From Anthoceros angustus (Eukaryota > Plantae > Anthocerotophyta): a stretch of DNA of 64,000 nucleotides. The number at the start of each line of letters is the position of its first letter. Position 1 is the stretch's first letter. The stretch spans positions 126,603 to 190,602 of the forward strand of contig VJWM01000258.1 of NCBI GenBank assembly GCA_010909165.1, in the 5' to 3' direction. The position numbers were made by a program, and so were the translations under genes. A model generated the notes under the pieces. It was not told where the DNA came from and did not search any database. It saw only the letters and a program-made list of their open reading frames with translations. Of the stretch, positions 43,583 to 55,359 are shown in pieces.

Positions 43583-45001
43583 TTAGATGTACATGACAAA
43601 TTTTGGGCTTGAGACGAAACGGTCGTGCCGGCTCGCACGGCGGGTGGTGAGAACTAACGAAGTGCAGTTTGCGCAGTTTGCGCGGTTTGCGTAGTCTTCG
43701 CGCAATGCACGACCCGCTGTTGCGCTGTCGTGCCTGAGACACAAAGCAAGCAAGCCTGGGATTAGAATGGATGGGACCAGCAGCCACATCACCGAATTCA
43801 CATCGGAGCCGAGACACTTACAGAGCGTTGCGTAGCACGGCTGATTCCCGGCAGGATCTTCTCCTTCCGGTGGCGGATGTTCGCCGTACAACATCTCACA
43901 GCTCATATCCTCGAAGTCTACGTCACCAGGAGCAACGCAACCGGCGGTAAGACGGAGGCATTTGGCGACAGTTGGCAAAAGAAGGACATCCTTAGCAATG
44001 GTCGCATGACTCACTAGGTTTCATGTAGAGGGGCACGCCGAAGGAGGTGGAGATGAACTCTTGTGAAGGGACCTTACAAAGGTTCACGCACATCCCTACG
44101 CAGTTGCTGGACTCCAAGAATCTGCACTTCTTGATTTTCACGCCACTCCACTGTTTCACGCCGTCCACCTCTCTCTCGATAGTCTGCACACTCGAGCCCT
44201 AGGCGGTGAAGTGAAGTGTGGATCGGGATTAAGTTCTCGAAACTGGCGGCCAGTGGCCAGTCAGATCTCTCACCTCTGCAGGCCCCACGAGCCATTGGAA
44301 TAAAGCAGACGTGCTTAGGGCGTAGTACTCGCAAGCAAGCTTTTTCGACACCATGGAAAGCACCATCCGGGCCTGCAACGACGATCACGACCAGAACCTG
44401 AGTGACGTGTCTCGGAGACAGAACACATGTTCAAGATGCACCTTTGTGAAGAAAGCTGAAGCAACGTGCACGCCCAATACCAGCTTGAAAAAGAAAGGCG
44501 GGACAGATGCAGTAAGCACGCTGGTGACAATCAAGCGCTGCTCCAGCGGGCTCCTGCCTCGCACAATCCGCTTTGAGATGTCCACAAAGGCGTCATATCC
44601 CTTCTCATCCGTGGTCTCGCCTGCAGGCCACAAGAAGCAGCTCCGAGTCGGGACACTTGTACGCTTTCACTCATCTGCCACAGTCTCGCAATCTCAATTT
44701 CATTTGATGCGCACTTACCGCTGGTCTCGCTCATTTTCGACACCATGAAATGAATGACGCCTCGCTCCCACCATGCATCTTTGTACTGAGACACCTCTCC
44801 CATGGGAGCTGGCTCTCCAATTATTCGGCATCTCACGCCAAACCGTCTCTTGCGCTGGAGCCCGCTCACTGGACTGCCATCCCGGCGGTTCGCAGACAGT
44901 CTGGAGGCAAATTGAGGCTGCAACAGCCTCAACGAGCCTCCTTCAAGCCTGAAGCAACCGGCGGCAGGGGATGGATGACGGATCCCCTGTGAGCAAATCA
45001 T
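43583..45001 (-). CDS. D27-like: Beta-carotene isomerase D27-like (DUF4033), D27-like1 type; 3' end approximate
   Basis: GEPAPMGEVSQYKDAWWER / YDAFVDISKRIVRGRS / LFQWLVGPC / VKIKKCRFLESSNCVGMCVNLCKVPSQEF..FGVPLYMKP / FEDMSCEMLYGEHPP. The GEPAPMG motif and the CxxxCxNxCK Fe-binding motif match At1g64680. Confidence 0.93.
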
Positions 45002-45900
45002 GACTCTGCAATCAAGCGGTCAATTGAGCGGTCAGGTCAGCCAATTGTTGCAGCTCTCGGGGCACCCTTGTACTACCACTTGGAACGACTAGACTGCAGG
45101 TCTCGGCTGGATCCACGCTTGGTTGCAACCTTCACCGAAATCCACGAAAATTTGTGCAAGCGTGTGGCGAGCCTCAGGAGTACCAGTGCGTGCATCGAGC
45201 AACTGCCGACAATTAAAGCAGCCGCCTTCAAGTTGAAGCAATCTTTAGCCCGGCCTGGCAATTTCTGCTCAAAAGGCGAGCATGGCATGGAGTCACAGGG
45301 GATCCCCTCCGTCAGATGCTTCCATGGCCTCCACTCACGAGAAGTCTTACAGCCAGACCGACCCGCGAGCTCAAGGTCCCCAGAGCGAGAGCCCGCAGAG
45401 AAGTTGTTGGAGTTTGAGTGTCGTGGAGGCCGGCCGTGGCGTTTCCGTTGAGCTCGTGTGCTGCCAACTCAGGCAAGATTAACTCCGCTCCGCCTGGCAG
45501 CCTGCTCAGCCTGCTCAGCCTGCAGTTTTGTAGGGACACGCTAACTGGCAGCCGACATGCCGTCACCAGCGCGGGCGAGGCAGTGGTATTGTGAAGACAG
45601 CATCCGATTACATACACAGCATGGCAGCTTCTGGAGGGGCCAACCGCCGGTCTGTGTCGTCTTGCGATGCGGACCTGGTATCCGGTTTGCAAAGCTTTGC
45701 TTCCAGCCAAGACTTCTCCATTGCATTGACCTTTCTAGCCTAGTGGATGCTCCTATTCCAAGTTTCAGAATCTTGTTGTTAACCACTTTACCGAAAAACC
45801 CTTTACCTTTATACAAAGTCTTATCTCGTAGCTTTACTGTATACCAAGACATAGGATGCACCCATCTACCATGCCATGCAACACTGTCACAGTAACCAGC

Positions 45901-45979
45901 ATGGTGCTTTCCATGGCCATTGCTTGGTGCTTTCCGTGGGCTTTCCGTGCCTTTTCGACACCATGGAAAGCACGATCCG
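45901..45979. other. Small hairpin (16-bp stem) whose arm duplicates D27 coding sequence
   Basis: 45901-45916 atggtgctttccatgg pairs with 45961-45976 ccatggaaagcacgat (15/16). 45952-45979 matches 44342-44369 at 27/28 nt. Confidence 0.75.
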
Positions 45980-46277
45980 CTCAAGGGCCTACATGCGGAG
46001 TGCTCGCAACCTTACTCACCTGGACTTAAATAAAATTCTTCTTCTTCTTACAACACGATCCACTTGCATGGTATATTTATATAAATTTAAAAAAATTACA
46101 TAAATATTTCAAAATTTACATCGAAATCCCGCGCTGGTATTTGACTTTGCAGCACTAACGAGTGAGGGGCCCATGCAGTGGGAGACGAGGGCATGATATT
46201 TTACAGCTGGGAATGAACAGCACCCCATCCCAGTACGGATACGTTCCACTGTTGGAGTTCCAATGAACTCATGTCTT

Positions 46278-46379
46278 GGATGTGTAGTCTAATTCCAATG
46301 AAGTATGTGTGGATGTGTAGTCTAATTCCAATGAAGTATGTGTGGATGTGTCTAATTCCAATGAAGTATGTGTGGATGT
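46278..46379. repeat. Tandem repeat, 33 bp unit, ~3 copies
   Basis: tctaattccaatgaagtatgtgtggatgtg(tag) at 46288, 46321 and 46351. Confidence 0.9.
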
Positions 46380-46830
46380 CACTCCTTGAAGGGAGCACAA
46401 CTCCGCCCACTTGAGTCCATGCGCTTTCTGGCTTACAGACATCGATGTACTGTATGTACACCATGCGAAGGGCAGTTTAGGTCAGAAATGTTAAATGTTT
46501 TGGCGTCGCGCTGAGACGATTTGCGGATGAAGTCACTTGTAGTCTAGTCTAATGTCAAAAGCGAGAAAACGCGCTCGCTGGATGGTCCAAGCAGCAGCGG
46601 GCTCGTGTCCTGCCTCCAAGTGCTGCGTCGGAGACAGCGAGCCTGCTGCGTCCAGGTGTTGCATCTCTTCTCGCATCGCAGCCACCTGGTCGAGGGACGG
46701 TGCTGCGAAGGGAAGGGGAGGGAAGGGAGGCCGGCAGGCAGATCTAGGCGGGCGCATTCTTTGTGCTCGCGACGGAATCTGCCAGAAGGAGCTGCCGGGA
46801 CGGCAATCGGGTTGAGCAGAAAGATCACGC

Positions 46831-47901
46831 ATGATGGAATGGGCTTGCATGAGATCTGCGGTGCTGCATTCCAGCCCGATCCCGTACGATGTCTTGGTCT
46901 CCACCTCGGGCTCGCGCATGGCCTCCAGCCCGGCCTTCTACGCCACGTCTTCCATCTCGCGGGTGAGCTGCAGCAGGCGGCACCAGGGGAGCGCGCTCTC
47001 GGACTCGGAGTGGCAGCAGAGCAGGAGGAGGAGCTTGGCGGGAGGGCTGGGATTCGGGGACGCCTTCGGGGGCGGGGAGAGGCGGGAGCTCGTGGGGAGG
47101 GTGCAGGCTTCCGCGGAGGAGCAGCTACTCCTGGGTGACTACAGCGCAGAATGGGGACGCCTTGGGGAAGCGGCCAAGGCCAGGGAGAGGGAGCGGAGAC
47201 CTCGGTTGCAGAGGCAGGGGTCGGTGCGGAGCAAGGTGATGGGCTATATCGAGAGGCAGGCAGGGTATACGTGGCTGGTCGGGCCTCTTTTGGCTACTTC
47301 AGTGATTGTGGTGCCCGGAATTGTGGTTCCGATCATCGATCTGTTGCAGCAATCGTATCTGGTGGGGCTGGCAGCGTCGTTCGGGCTTGACATTCTGTTT
47401 GTCATGTCGGCGGACCTCTTCTTGGTGTTGGCGGACAAGGCTGGCCACCACCAGACCGTCCCCGGTGGTCCTGCTCCCTGGATAGGTCCTTGGGAGTACA
47501 CAGGTTATCCTAAGGGATTGCCTGATTTGCAGAACTACCTCACGTATGCTGGAGTTGGAGTTGCTGCCTTTGCCCTGTTGGCTTCCCTTTTCGTCGGGAA
47601 GCTTTTGGTTGCACTACCTGTTCTCGGTCCATATTTGGCCCTTATCTTTGTGCAGCTTGCGTATGAGAAGCTCTTGTCTGGTGATCGTCTTCCCAGCTAC
47701 CCCCTTGTCCCGATTCTCTACACCGTTTACAGGTTCCGGCAACTGGCAAGAGGAATGGAGCTGGTTGGTGCCTTGGGTGGAGGATTGTTTCTGGCCCTCA
47801 CTTTGAAGCTGCTTATGGTAGTGTGGACTCTGTACTTTGGGATGTACCTGACTCAGCTGCCGTGGTTGTATTCTACCTGGAATTCTAACAGGGCTACCTA
47901 G
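46831..47901 (+). CDS. Intronless multi-pass membrane protein with a probable plastid transit peptide; function unknown
   Basis: 356 aa ORF with a Ser/Arg-rich N-terminus and several hydrophobic helices. Conserved-looking motifs include WIGPWEYTGYPKG and PLVPILYTVYRFRQL. Confidence 0.8.
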   Translation: MMEWACMRSAVLHSSPIPYDVLVSTSGSRMASSPAFYATSSISRVSCSRRHQGSALSDSEWQQSRRRSLAGGLGFGDAFGGGERRELVGRVQASAEEQLLLGDYSAEWGRLGEAAKARERERRPRLQRQGSVRSKVMGYIERQAGYTWLVGPLLATSVIVVPGIVVPIIDLLQQSYLVGLAASFGLDILFVMSADLFLVLADKAGHHQTVPGGPAPWIGPWEYTGYPKGLPDLQNYLTYAGVGVAAFALLASLFVGKLLVALPVLGPYLALIFVQLAYEKLLSGDRLPSYPLVPILYTVYRFRQLARGMELVGALGGGLFLALTLKLLMVVWTLYFGMYLTQLPWLYSTWNSNRAT

Positions 47902-48256
47902 CCTCTGTCCTGATTGTAACACTTGCTCGCATCATTAAATTTGAGCTGGTTGTCTGAAATAATCGACATGAGCCAGAGTCACTTACCCGGGGGCGAACCC
48001 GGTGTTAAATGTTGCTAGTAACGGCCAGTTCAAGAACTCGTGCCTTCCATGTTTTCTTTAGCGATCTGTTTCAAGAACGTTACACATTGTGTGTGTCGGC
48101 TGTTGTCATGTGTGCTCAGGAGCAGTGCAGATGCAACTGGTGTGTCTTTTGGCAAAGGTTGTGTTGCTCTGAAAGCCGGATCTGTGGTGGGAGGTCGTGT
48201 GTGGGTTGGTTGTAGCTTCGATTGTCTGCTTGAGTTTTATTAGTCACCCACTCGCC

Positions 48257-49402
48257 ATGCCTAGCTTTCGACGCCATGGCAAGAGTGACAACATGACTCT
48301 GTGCGCAGTGGGAGCGATGGTGATGCTGACAGGGGTGCTGCTTTACATGTCCATGCTGCTCAGCCCTGCCCTATTCCGAGGCATCATTCAGGACGTTGTG
48401 TGTGATCATCAGAAGCAAGAGTATGTGGGAGGAGGGACGGATGCCCAGCAAAGGAGCCTTTTGCAATCACAGGCTCTCGCAGTAGCTGAGGTGAACCGCA
48501 CACATGTGGTTGTGGAAGCAGGGGGAGGTGACCAGGCTCACATCCTAATTGAAGCCAGTCAAGTGACAGTGGATTGCAACTGCCCTCCCAGTAACGGTGG
48601 CAGTGCCGTGCTGAGAAGCAGAGCTGGGGATGCTAGTCACAAAAAGGTGAGCATCCTGATCGGCATCTTCACAACTGCTCCCAGGGCGGAGCGTCGGAAT
48701 CTGCTTCGACTTGCATATGGGGTTCAACACTCGGAGCATGCATTTGTGACTGTCAAGTTTGTGGTCGGGAGGGTGAAGAACTCCGAGGAGAAGATCCTAC
48801 TGGGAATGGAAATTTTGCACCACAACGATGTGCTCGTTCTGGACTGCGAAGAAAGCATCAACGACGGCAAGTCTTTCACCTTCTTCTCCACTCTTGCTGC
48901 CCAGGGCACCAAGTACGACTATGTCATGAAGTCAGACGATGATTCTTACTTGCGGCTAGATAATCTGGGAAGATCTTTGTACAGACTACCGAGGATAGAT
49001 GTCTACTATGGGTACATCCTTCCTTGCGAGAACACTGACCCCCATGCTTGGTACATGGCTGGCATGGGCTACGTGCTCTCATGGGATCTGGTGCAATGGA
49101 TACACAAGTCGCCCATCCCCAGAGAAAACAGTGTTGGCACAGAGGATCAACTGATTGCAGATTGGTTCAACGCAGGAAAGAAGGCTAAGAATCGTGTCAA
49201 CAAGAAGCCTCTGTTCTATGACCATCCGGAATTCGGGGGCCAGTGTTCCCATGAATTGGTCCCTGAGACCATTCTCATCCATCAGGTCAAAACTCAAGAA
49301 CGATGGATCAATGTTTTGTCTTACTTTGAGGAGCAGCGGATGGTAGATCTGTTCCGAAGCGCAACTAAGGACAGCCAGCCTCCATCATTACCCGAATCCT
49401 GA
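48257..49402 (+). CDS. GT31 family beta-1,3-galactosyltransferase, type II membrane protein, intronless
   Basis: N-terminal TM (TLCAVGAMVMLTGVLLYM..), then ILIGIFTT..RRNLLRLAY, YDYVMKSDDDSY (DxD), YMAGMGYVLSWDLVQWI, GTEDQ, HQVK. Confidence 0.92.
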   Translation: MPSFRRHGKSDNMTLCAVGAMVMLTGVLLYMSMLLSPALFRGIIQDVVCDHQKQEYVGGGTDAQQRSLLQSQALAVAEVNRTHVVVEAGGGDQAHILIEASQVTVDCNCPPSNGGSAVLRSRAGDASHKKVSILIGIFTTAPRAERRNLLRLAYGVQHSEHAFVTVKFVVGRVKNSEEKILLGMEILHHNDVLVLDCEESINDGKSFTFFSTLAAQGTKYDYVMKSDDDSYLRLDNLGRSLYRLPRIDVYYGYILPCENTDPHAWYMAGMGYVLSWDLVQWIHKSPIPRENSVGTEDQLIADWFNAGKKAKNRVNKKPLFYDHPEFGGQCSHELVPETILIHQVKTQERWINVLSYFEEQRMVDLFRSATKDSQPPSLPES

Positions 49403-49836
49403 TGGTAACTTTGCAATCTTTCTGCCTATTGTAAAACCTATCTGCAAACAGGACCTTCCAAGCCTACAGCTTGGGAAATCTGTATGCCTATGAAGTGAAG
49501 CCTTTCCAGGACATCACTCCTTCGCAATTTGATTTTGTATTCCAACCATACCAAGACTTCGTGGAATCAAAAAGACTTATGTTGAGGGTGGAAAACGTTA
49601 CCCCCCTGACAACATGAAATGTAGCACAACCAAGCCCTGATTTTCGGCTGTATAATTTGATTCCCGCCGAAACAAACGGATAGACGTGAAGCCCCTGGGC
49701 CCGGAAAAACTCCTTTACAGCAGCATGATTGCCAGTCGCTACACCCGGCCATGGCAGGTGAAGCCTTCAAGAGAAATGTGAAGGCTTGAGGAGCTCGAGG
49801 ACTTGCCTTGGTGCCCATAACCAGCCAAGCTTGAAC

Positions 49837-51426
49837 ATGGCACCGTGCACGGTGATTGTGCTGGTGGCTTTGTGGATGGTCGCGGCGCCTGGATGGCTGG
49901 CCAAGGGCGACGCCGGCACCTCATCTGTTGCTGCTCTGTCTGACTGCTCTCCTGCCCTGTTCGTCTTCGGCGCATCTCTTGTGGACGTGGGTCAGAATGC
50001 AGCCTGCATGCCCTTCCGATCGTACGCCGAGTTCCCTCCCTATGGAGTCGCCTACTTCGGCAAGCCGATGCAGAGATTCAGCAACGGCCGCCTTTTCATC
50101 GATTTCGTGTGTCAGTGAGCAGTTCTGCAATCCCACCTTCTTGTCTTGTCCTGACCTGCATTTAGCACAAGAGTGTGATAGTATTCAAATGTTGTTTATT
50201 TTGGGTTCTTATTGTGCTGGGCGATGGTTAACAGCACAGGCTCTGGGGCAAGACCTTCTCCAACCATACTTTAAGACTGTGGGTGCAAATTTCATACCTG
50301 GAGTTTGCTTCGCATCGTCTGGTGCAACAGCTGAGAATACTACGGTTGTGGGAGATGGGAGCTCGAGCAGCGGGCTTTTTTCTCTCTTGGTGCAGATTGA
50401 CCAGTTTCGAGCCTTCAGATCTTCCATTGAAGAGTCAGGTGTGGGACTTTGCAAAGTATTCCACCTGTTATGTGGAGAAGATGGTTGCTGCTGACACTGC
50501 CACTGTCCTGACAAAACCTAGCAGGTGCCACTACTGCCGGCCTGCCTTCCTCACAGCGTCTAGCGGAAGGGATTTACATCATGCAGATTGGCAACAATGA
50601 CTATCTGCACAAGGCCTTCAGGACCCCCGATTTTGATCCAGTGGCTACCGTTCGTTCAGTGATGACTCCAATAGCGACTGCAATCAAGGTAAAACCAACA
50701 CCCGCTCATCCCTCAGACTAGGTCTTGGGAGCGTTTGCGAAGGGTGTATACTGATGGATGGTTTTCTGCAGGGCCTATACGACGGAGGTGCCAGGAACAT
50801 TGTGGTGACAAACGTGATGCCATTAGGCTGCATGCCAGTGATCCTTGCCAACTTCCAGCCACCTCCCGACAAGACAGATGAGTACGGCTGCATGATTGAC
50901 TACAACGAGCTTGTGCAACTCCACAACACGGAACTCGAGCTCTTGCTCAACAAACTGCGAGAAGAAGTGCAGGCTGCCAACGTTAACCTACTCATGTTCG
51001 ACATGTACGGCATCTACTGGGACGCCATCACAAACCCATCCAAATACGGTGAGCAGAGCCTTCATTCCCTGTGCAGTGCACTGCCTTCAACGTCCTTTCC
51101 TCGTGTGTTCATGAACCGTCCTGGCAACAGGACTGACACACACCATACAAGCATGCTGCGGAGCTGGAGGGCCGCCTTACAACTACCGCAACGAGGTGCA
51201 CTGTGGGAAAAGCGGCTACGTGAACGGCAACCTGGTCAGTGCGGACTCCTGCCCCGACCCGGACTCGTACATGATATGGGACTCGGTGCACGCGACCGAC
51301 GCTTTCAATTACCACATCGCCCAAGCTTTCCTCACAGGCGAGTACATGCTCCCGCCCTACTCCATCCAGGAAATTTGCAGACTCTCGCAGCATCTTGCCC
51401 ACTCAACGTCGGCACACGCTGCGTGA
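49837..51426 (+). CDS. GDSL/SGNH esterase-lipase, multi-exon, secreted
   Basis: Signal peptide MAPCTVIVLVALWMVAA; block I FVFGASLVDVG; RFSNGRLFIDF; FASSGAT; IYIMQIGNNDY; LYDGGARNIVV; block V IWDSVHAT. Confidence 0.92.
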
Positions 51427-51536
51427 TGCTTATACCCAAGACCAGCCAAAAAACCATCCATCTCCATTTATTACAAGCTTTTAGCATACAACAGAAGCCC
51501 GCCCTTGAGCCCGGGCCGGGCAGCATCTCATGGCGT

Positions 51537-51938
51537 CTAAGATCGAGCAGCAGGAGGAGGAGGAGGCGGAAATTCGTCGGTGCAGTTCACGCAACGGAAG
51601 GCGTGCTTCCCCAGCAAGTGCCTGCATCGGGCGTAGACCCCGCGGTGGTTTTGGGGCGGCCCGAGGAAGATGCACAGGCAAACGTGCACCGGCACCTCCA
51701 AGATGGTCTCGCAGCACTGTGCGTCCACATTCTCAGGCTCGAGAGTCACAGGCAGCGATCCGTGGGTTGTCAGGGTGCAGTTGGGCGTCAGGGCACCCCA
51801 GTTGCACGCATTCTGGAAGCTCGGGGGGGCAATGCTGCACGCATAGCGTCCTCCTTCTACCAGCACTCGTCCATGCACATGGAAGCAGACCAGGAGCAGC
51901 ACAGGCAAGAAAGCCCACGACCTCTTTCCCATCGCCAT
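51537..51938 (-). CDS. Small secreted cysteine-rich protein, 8CM (nsLTP/prolamin)-like spacing, Pro-rich tail
   Basis: 133 aa ORF with a hydrophobic signal (WAFLPVLLLVCFHVHG), mature-region Cys pattern C..C..C..CC..CLC..C..CxxC and a C-terminal PPPPPP. Confidence 0.6.
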   Translation of the reverse strand: MAMGKRSWAFLPVLLLVCFHVHGRVLVEGGRYACSIAPPSFQNACNWGALTPNCTLTTHGSLPVTLEPENVDAQCCETILEVPVHVCLCIFLGPPQNHRGVYARCRHLLGKHAFRCVNCTDEFPPPPPPAARS

Positions 51939-52199
51939 TGTAAGTTGGTATGAGAAGAACGTTCAATGGCAACACATTCCCTCGCCCTCTATGGTACTGT
52001 GATGGGTCGTTGCGGGTCAAACGGTCAAACTGGACTCTCTGCCACCTGCAATCGGAAGCTGACCTGTTTGCCTCCGATTGCTGAAGCCTGCCCACCAACC
52101 CGTTTGCGCTGTCGTGGCCATGTATGTAATGTGAAGCTCTCAGTTGAACTGCAGCCATGGCTGAAGCTCAAGTATGTATCCATGTGAAGGCCCATCAGA

Positions 52200-53600
52200 A
52201 TACATAGGGCCCTTGAAGAGCCGTTTCCCATGTAACCCTGGCCTGGCCCTCAAAAAACGCATGGGTTGGATGCTCATGAAATGGAAAAGCATGTGCTGGG
52301 CCGCCACATGCCCTTGCGATACCGAAATCGGTCTTTACAAGCGTCGGGGTTTCACACTGGCAGCATACAGCACTTCCGCATGGTATGCCCAAAGTCCGAA
52401 TCACAGCATGGTCCGCCCTTTAGCTCACGAACGATTGTAAAAGGGGTCGGAATCAGGTGTCCTCCTCTGCAATGTTGTGCCAAATCTGGACCCGTATTTT
52501 CAACTGGAAAAAAGGCAAATCCTGGACAGGACAGGCTGGAGGGTGAAGTTTCAGGATTGAGCATAATGGAGAATGTTCACCATGTATGACAGGGTACTCG
52601 CAATTTCGACCTCATCTCTTCCCAGTCGCGCAAGGTGGTGTGGCTGAAAACAGGTGCGACTGTTTAGTGGAGGCTGCAGGTGCAGCCGCCAGTCCATTCT
52701 ATGTGAGACAGTGCCAAGCTGGCTTGCCTTTAAATTACCGTTGCTTCGGCTTGTCTGGCAACATGAAGACATCCGGAGCTTGACAATAATGTCCGGAGTT
52801 ATTGGATACGGGTTTGGAAGGGCCGCATCTCATGCACATGGCTCATGAGGAGGTTGTCTGTACAGCCTTGTTCCCATGTCCGGGAAGGACCACTGGGAAC
52901 ATTTTGTTACTGCAAAAGTTTCAGTTTCGAGAAAATGCATATGCCAACACTTTGTTGACGACGGCACATCCGAAAACTCGCTCCGAATGTGCTTGCATGC
53001 TTTCACAGACGCGCCTGCCCTAGCTGGGTCATGTTACATGGTCAGTGCCAACGTTTGAGCTTTGTAGAGGAAGTGTGTGGTGCTGGTAGCATCCGTGCCC
53101 TAGCTAGGTCATCAATGCAGCCTGTGTGGCCATGGCAGTGGAAACCGAGCCGGACCCATGCTGCGAGGAAGGTGCTGGGCTTTGTTTCCCAGGCGTTGAT
53201 CGGGAGTGTGAAGAATCGCAACTTTCATGAGACTATACATGACACAAAAGAGAAAAATCCAATGCATTGGCACAAAGCGGTAAGAAGTGCCACAACTATA
53301 TGATTGTCAGGCCTGCTTCACACCTGATCCTGGCATCTGCAGGTAGAATCTGATGGCTTCAGATGGCTTTCCCTTTCGAGCAAAAGCCAAGATTATGGAC
53401 GACGACATGAACGCGTCTGGAACAAGCACCTTGGTAACGCTTGCACAGCTTCGTCCAATTTGCCATGGCAAGCGTAAATGCAGATGATGGGGTCGGCCAG
53501 AGGAATGCCCTGCACTCGTACCCACTTATAACAGGCAGAGAATGGGCCCGCTTCCCTAGACCCACAGGCCCACATCCCTCTCAGCCCCGCATCTTTCTCA
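52200..53600 (-). pseudogene. Degenerate pentatricopeptide-repeat (PLS-class-like) sequence
   Basis: Fragments with PPR flavour across frames and stops: SSIILAFARKGKPSEAIRFYLQMPGSGVK, NHIVVALLTACA, AMCMRCG, GHYCQAPDVF, AWHCLT*NG. No continuous ORF. Confidence 0.55.
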
Positions 53601-55359
53601 GGACCAGCCGGAAACCAGACAGGCTAACAGAAAACCCTCACAGAGGACCAAGAGCTCCAACACTTCAACAGCCTCGCACCGCTCCACTCTCGCTGTGTCT
53701 GGTCAGGGTTTCACCCATAGAGGATGTGAATCTGGACAGCAAGCCAGCATCCCTCCTGGCCTGGTGCTCATCCACCCACTCAGGCTTGTACGAATTGTCG
53801 AGCAACAGCGGGGGCTTCAACGTCTTGTGCCATCCTGGGGGCTCTTGGCAATGGCATCCGCCCTGTAGTCCCACCACTGCCAGGGATCTGAGAAGAAGTC
53901 TGCCTCTGGTGCTCCCTGAGCTACTGCAGACGTTCCTGACGCCCAACATGCCTTTCCTACTACTTCATTGCAGGAACGATTATCGAGACGACGACGACAG
54001 AGCAAGCGCTGCTCGTTTAGCAATCGGCATGTCTAGATAAAAATATTCCCGAATGTCATAACCCACGGTCATAAAACGACCTTCAAGGTCTTCCTTCGAG
54101 TAACATAAAGGCTCGTTTGACTGACTGGATGTCGGCTGTGAAGTGCAGGCTTCTCTTTGCTCCAGCTTCTTGTTGTCTCCCATTTATCATATTTCCGCTT
54201 GGAAAATGGGTAGTCTAACCGGAAGTCAAGTTCTGTTATATCCCAAGTCCTGTGTCTTGCAGAGAGGGACAAAGAAGCCGCTGTAAGAAGACCAGTACCT
54301 GATTAAAATATTAATATCATATAATTTGTTACGTAAATGCTCATAATAACGCGCTGGGGGGTGATGGAGAGGTGCCAGGCGGGATGCCTTGAATGGACAC
54401 CAAGAATCATTAAGAACGGACCTGTACATGGTGAATGATAAAGGCCTAAAAGCGTGTTCCCAACATGGGTGTACAGCGCGCGTACTTTGGTCATGCGGGA
54501 TTCCGAACTGAAGCGCGAATCGCGATTTGTCAAGCGGGGCAGTAGCTGGCAATGGGCATGGTGGGATCCGTAACCGGCGCTGAAGTGCGCGGTAAACCGC
54601 GCGGCGAACTGCGGGGGGCAGCGGGGGAAGGCGGTGGCGCGCGGTTCGGCTCGGCGCGGGGCCGGGCCCGGGCCCCCCGCTCGGGAGTCGGGCCGCGACC
54701 TGCGGTCCTTCCCTCCCGCTCGCGCGCTCGTCGCGGCGGGCGATACTCACCGGGCGGCGGAACCGGCTCCCGGAAACTGCTCTTTCCCGATAAATTATTA
54801 GCGCGGCCGGAGTTTGCCGGTAACGGAGGCCCAGCCGGGCGACCGTTTCCGGTTTGAAAAGGGCGAGAGCGGGAGAGGCGGAGCATTCGCCGGGGGGCGG
54901 GATTCGCCGAGCGCGTCTCGCGCTGATCTCTGAGCGCGCTCTGCTCCCGCTCTGCGCTCGTCCCGTCCTCCTCCTCCTCCACCTCCTCCACCTCCTCCTC
55001 CTCCTCCTCGCCTCGTCCTGCTCCTGGTCCTCTCTCTGCGCGGCCTGCGAGCTCTGGCCACACAGCCAGCCCACATGAGAGAGGCGGGGCTCGCTCTGGC
55101 GGGATTGTCCCGCGTGAGCTGGCTGCTCAGTCCGGCCTGCCTGTCCTTTCAGGCTCGCATTTCCGCCGCTGCTCGCCGGACGGGCCCTTGCGCAACGGCA
55201 GCCGACCGGAGACATGGTACTCACGCTGCTGCCGCTGTCTCTGCATCCGATGCTGCAGTGCTTTGCCTCTTGCGGAATTCGCTTGGGAATGTTTGTGGTC
55301 AAGTCGGGGAGTGCTATGTGGAATTGGCGGCCTTTTGCTCCTCTCCTGTGTGCTCAATT

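Noticed and set aside
45540-45990. 147-aa minus-strand ORF upstream of D27 (..YKGKGFFGKVVNNKILKLG..)
   Set aside because: No recognisable domain or splice structure; the ORF begins inside the hairpin repeat.
53850-54300. DUF177/YceD-like look of DIREYFYLDMP..LC...C..DPW on the minus strand
   Set aside because: The resemblance is short, needs a frameshift and has no supporting upstream domain; it may be UTR or chance.
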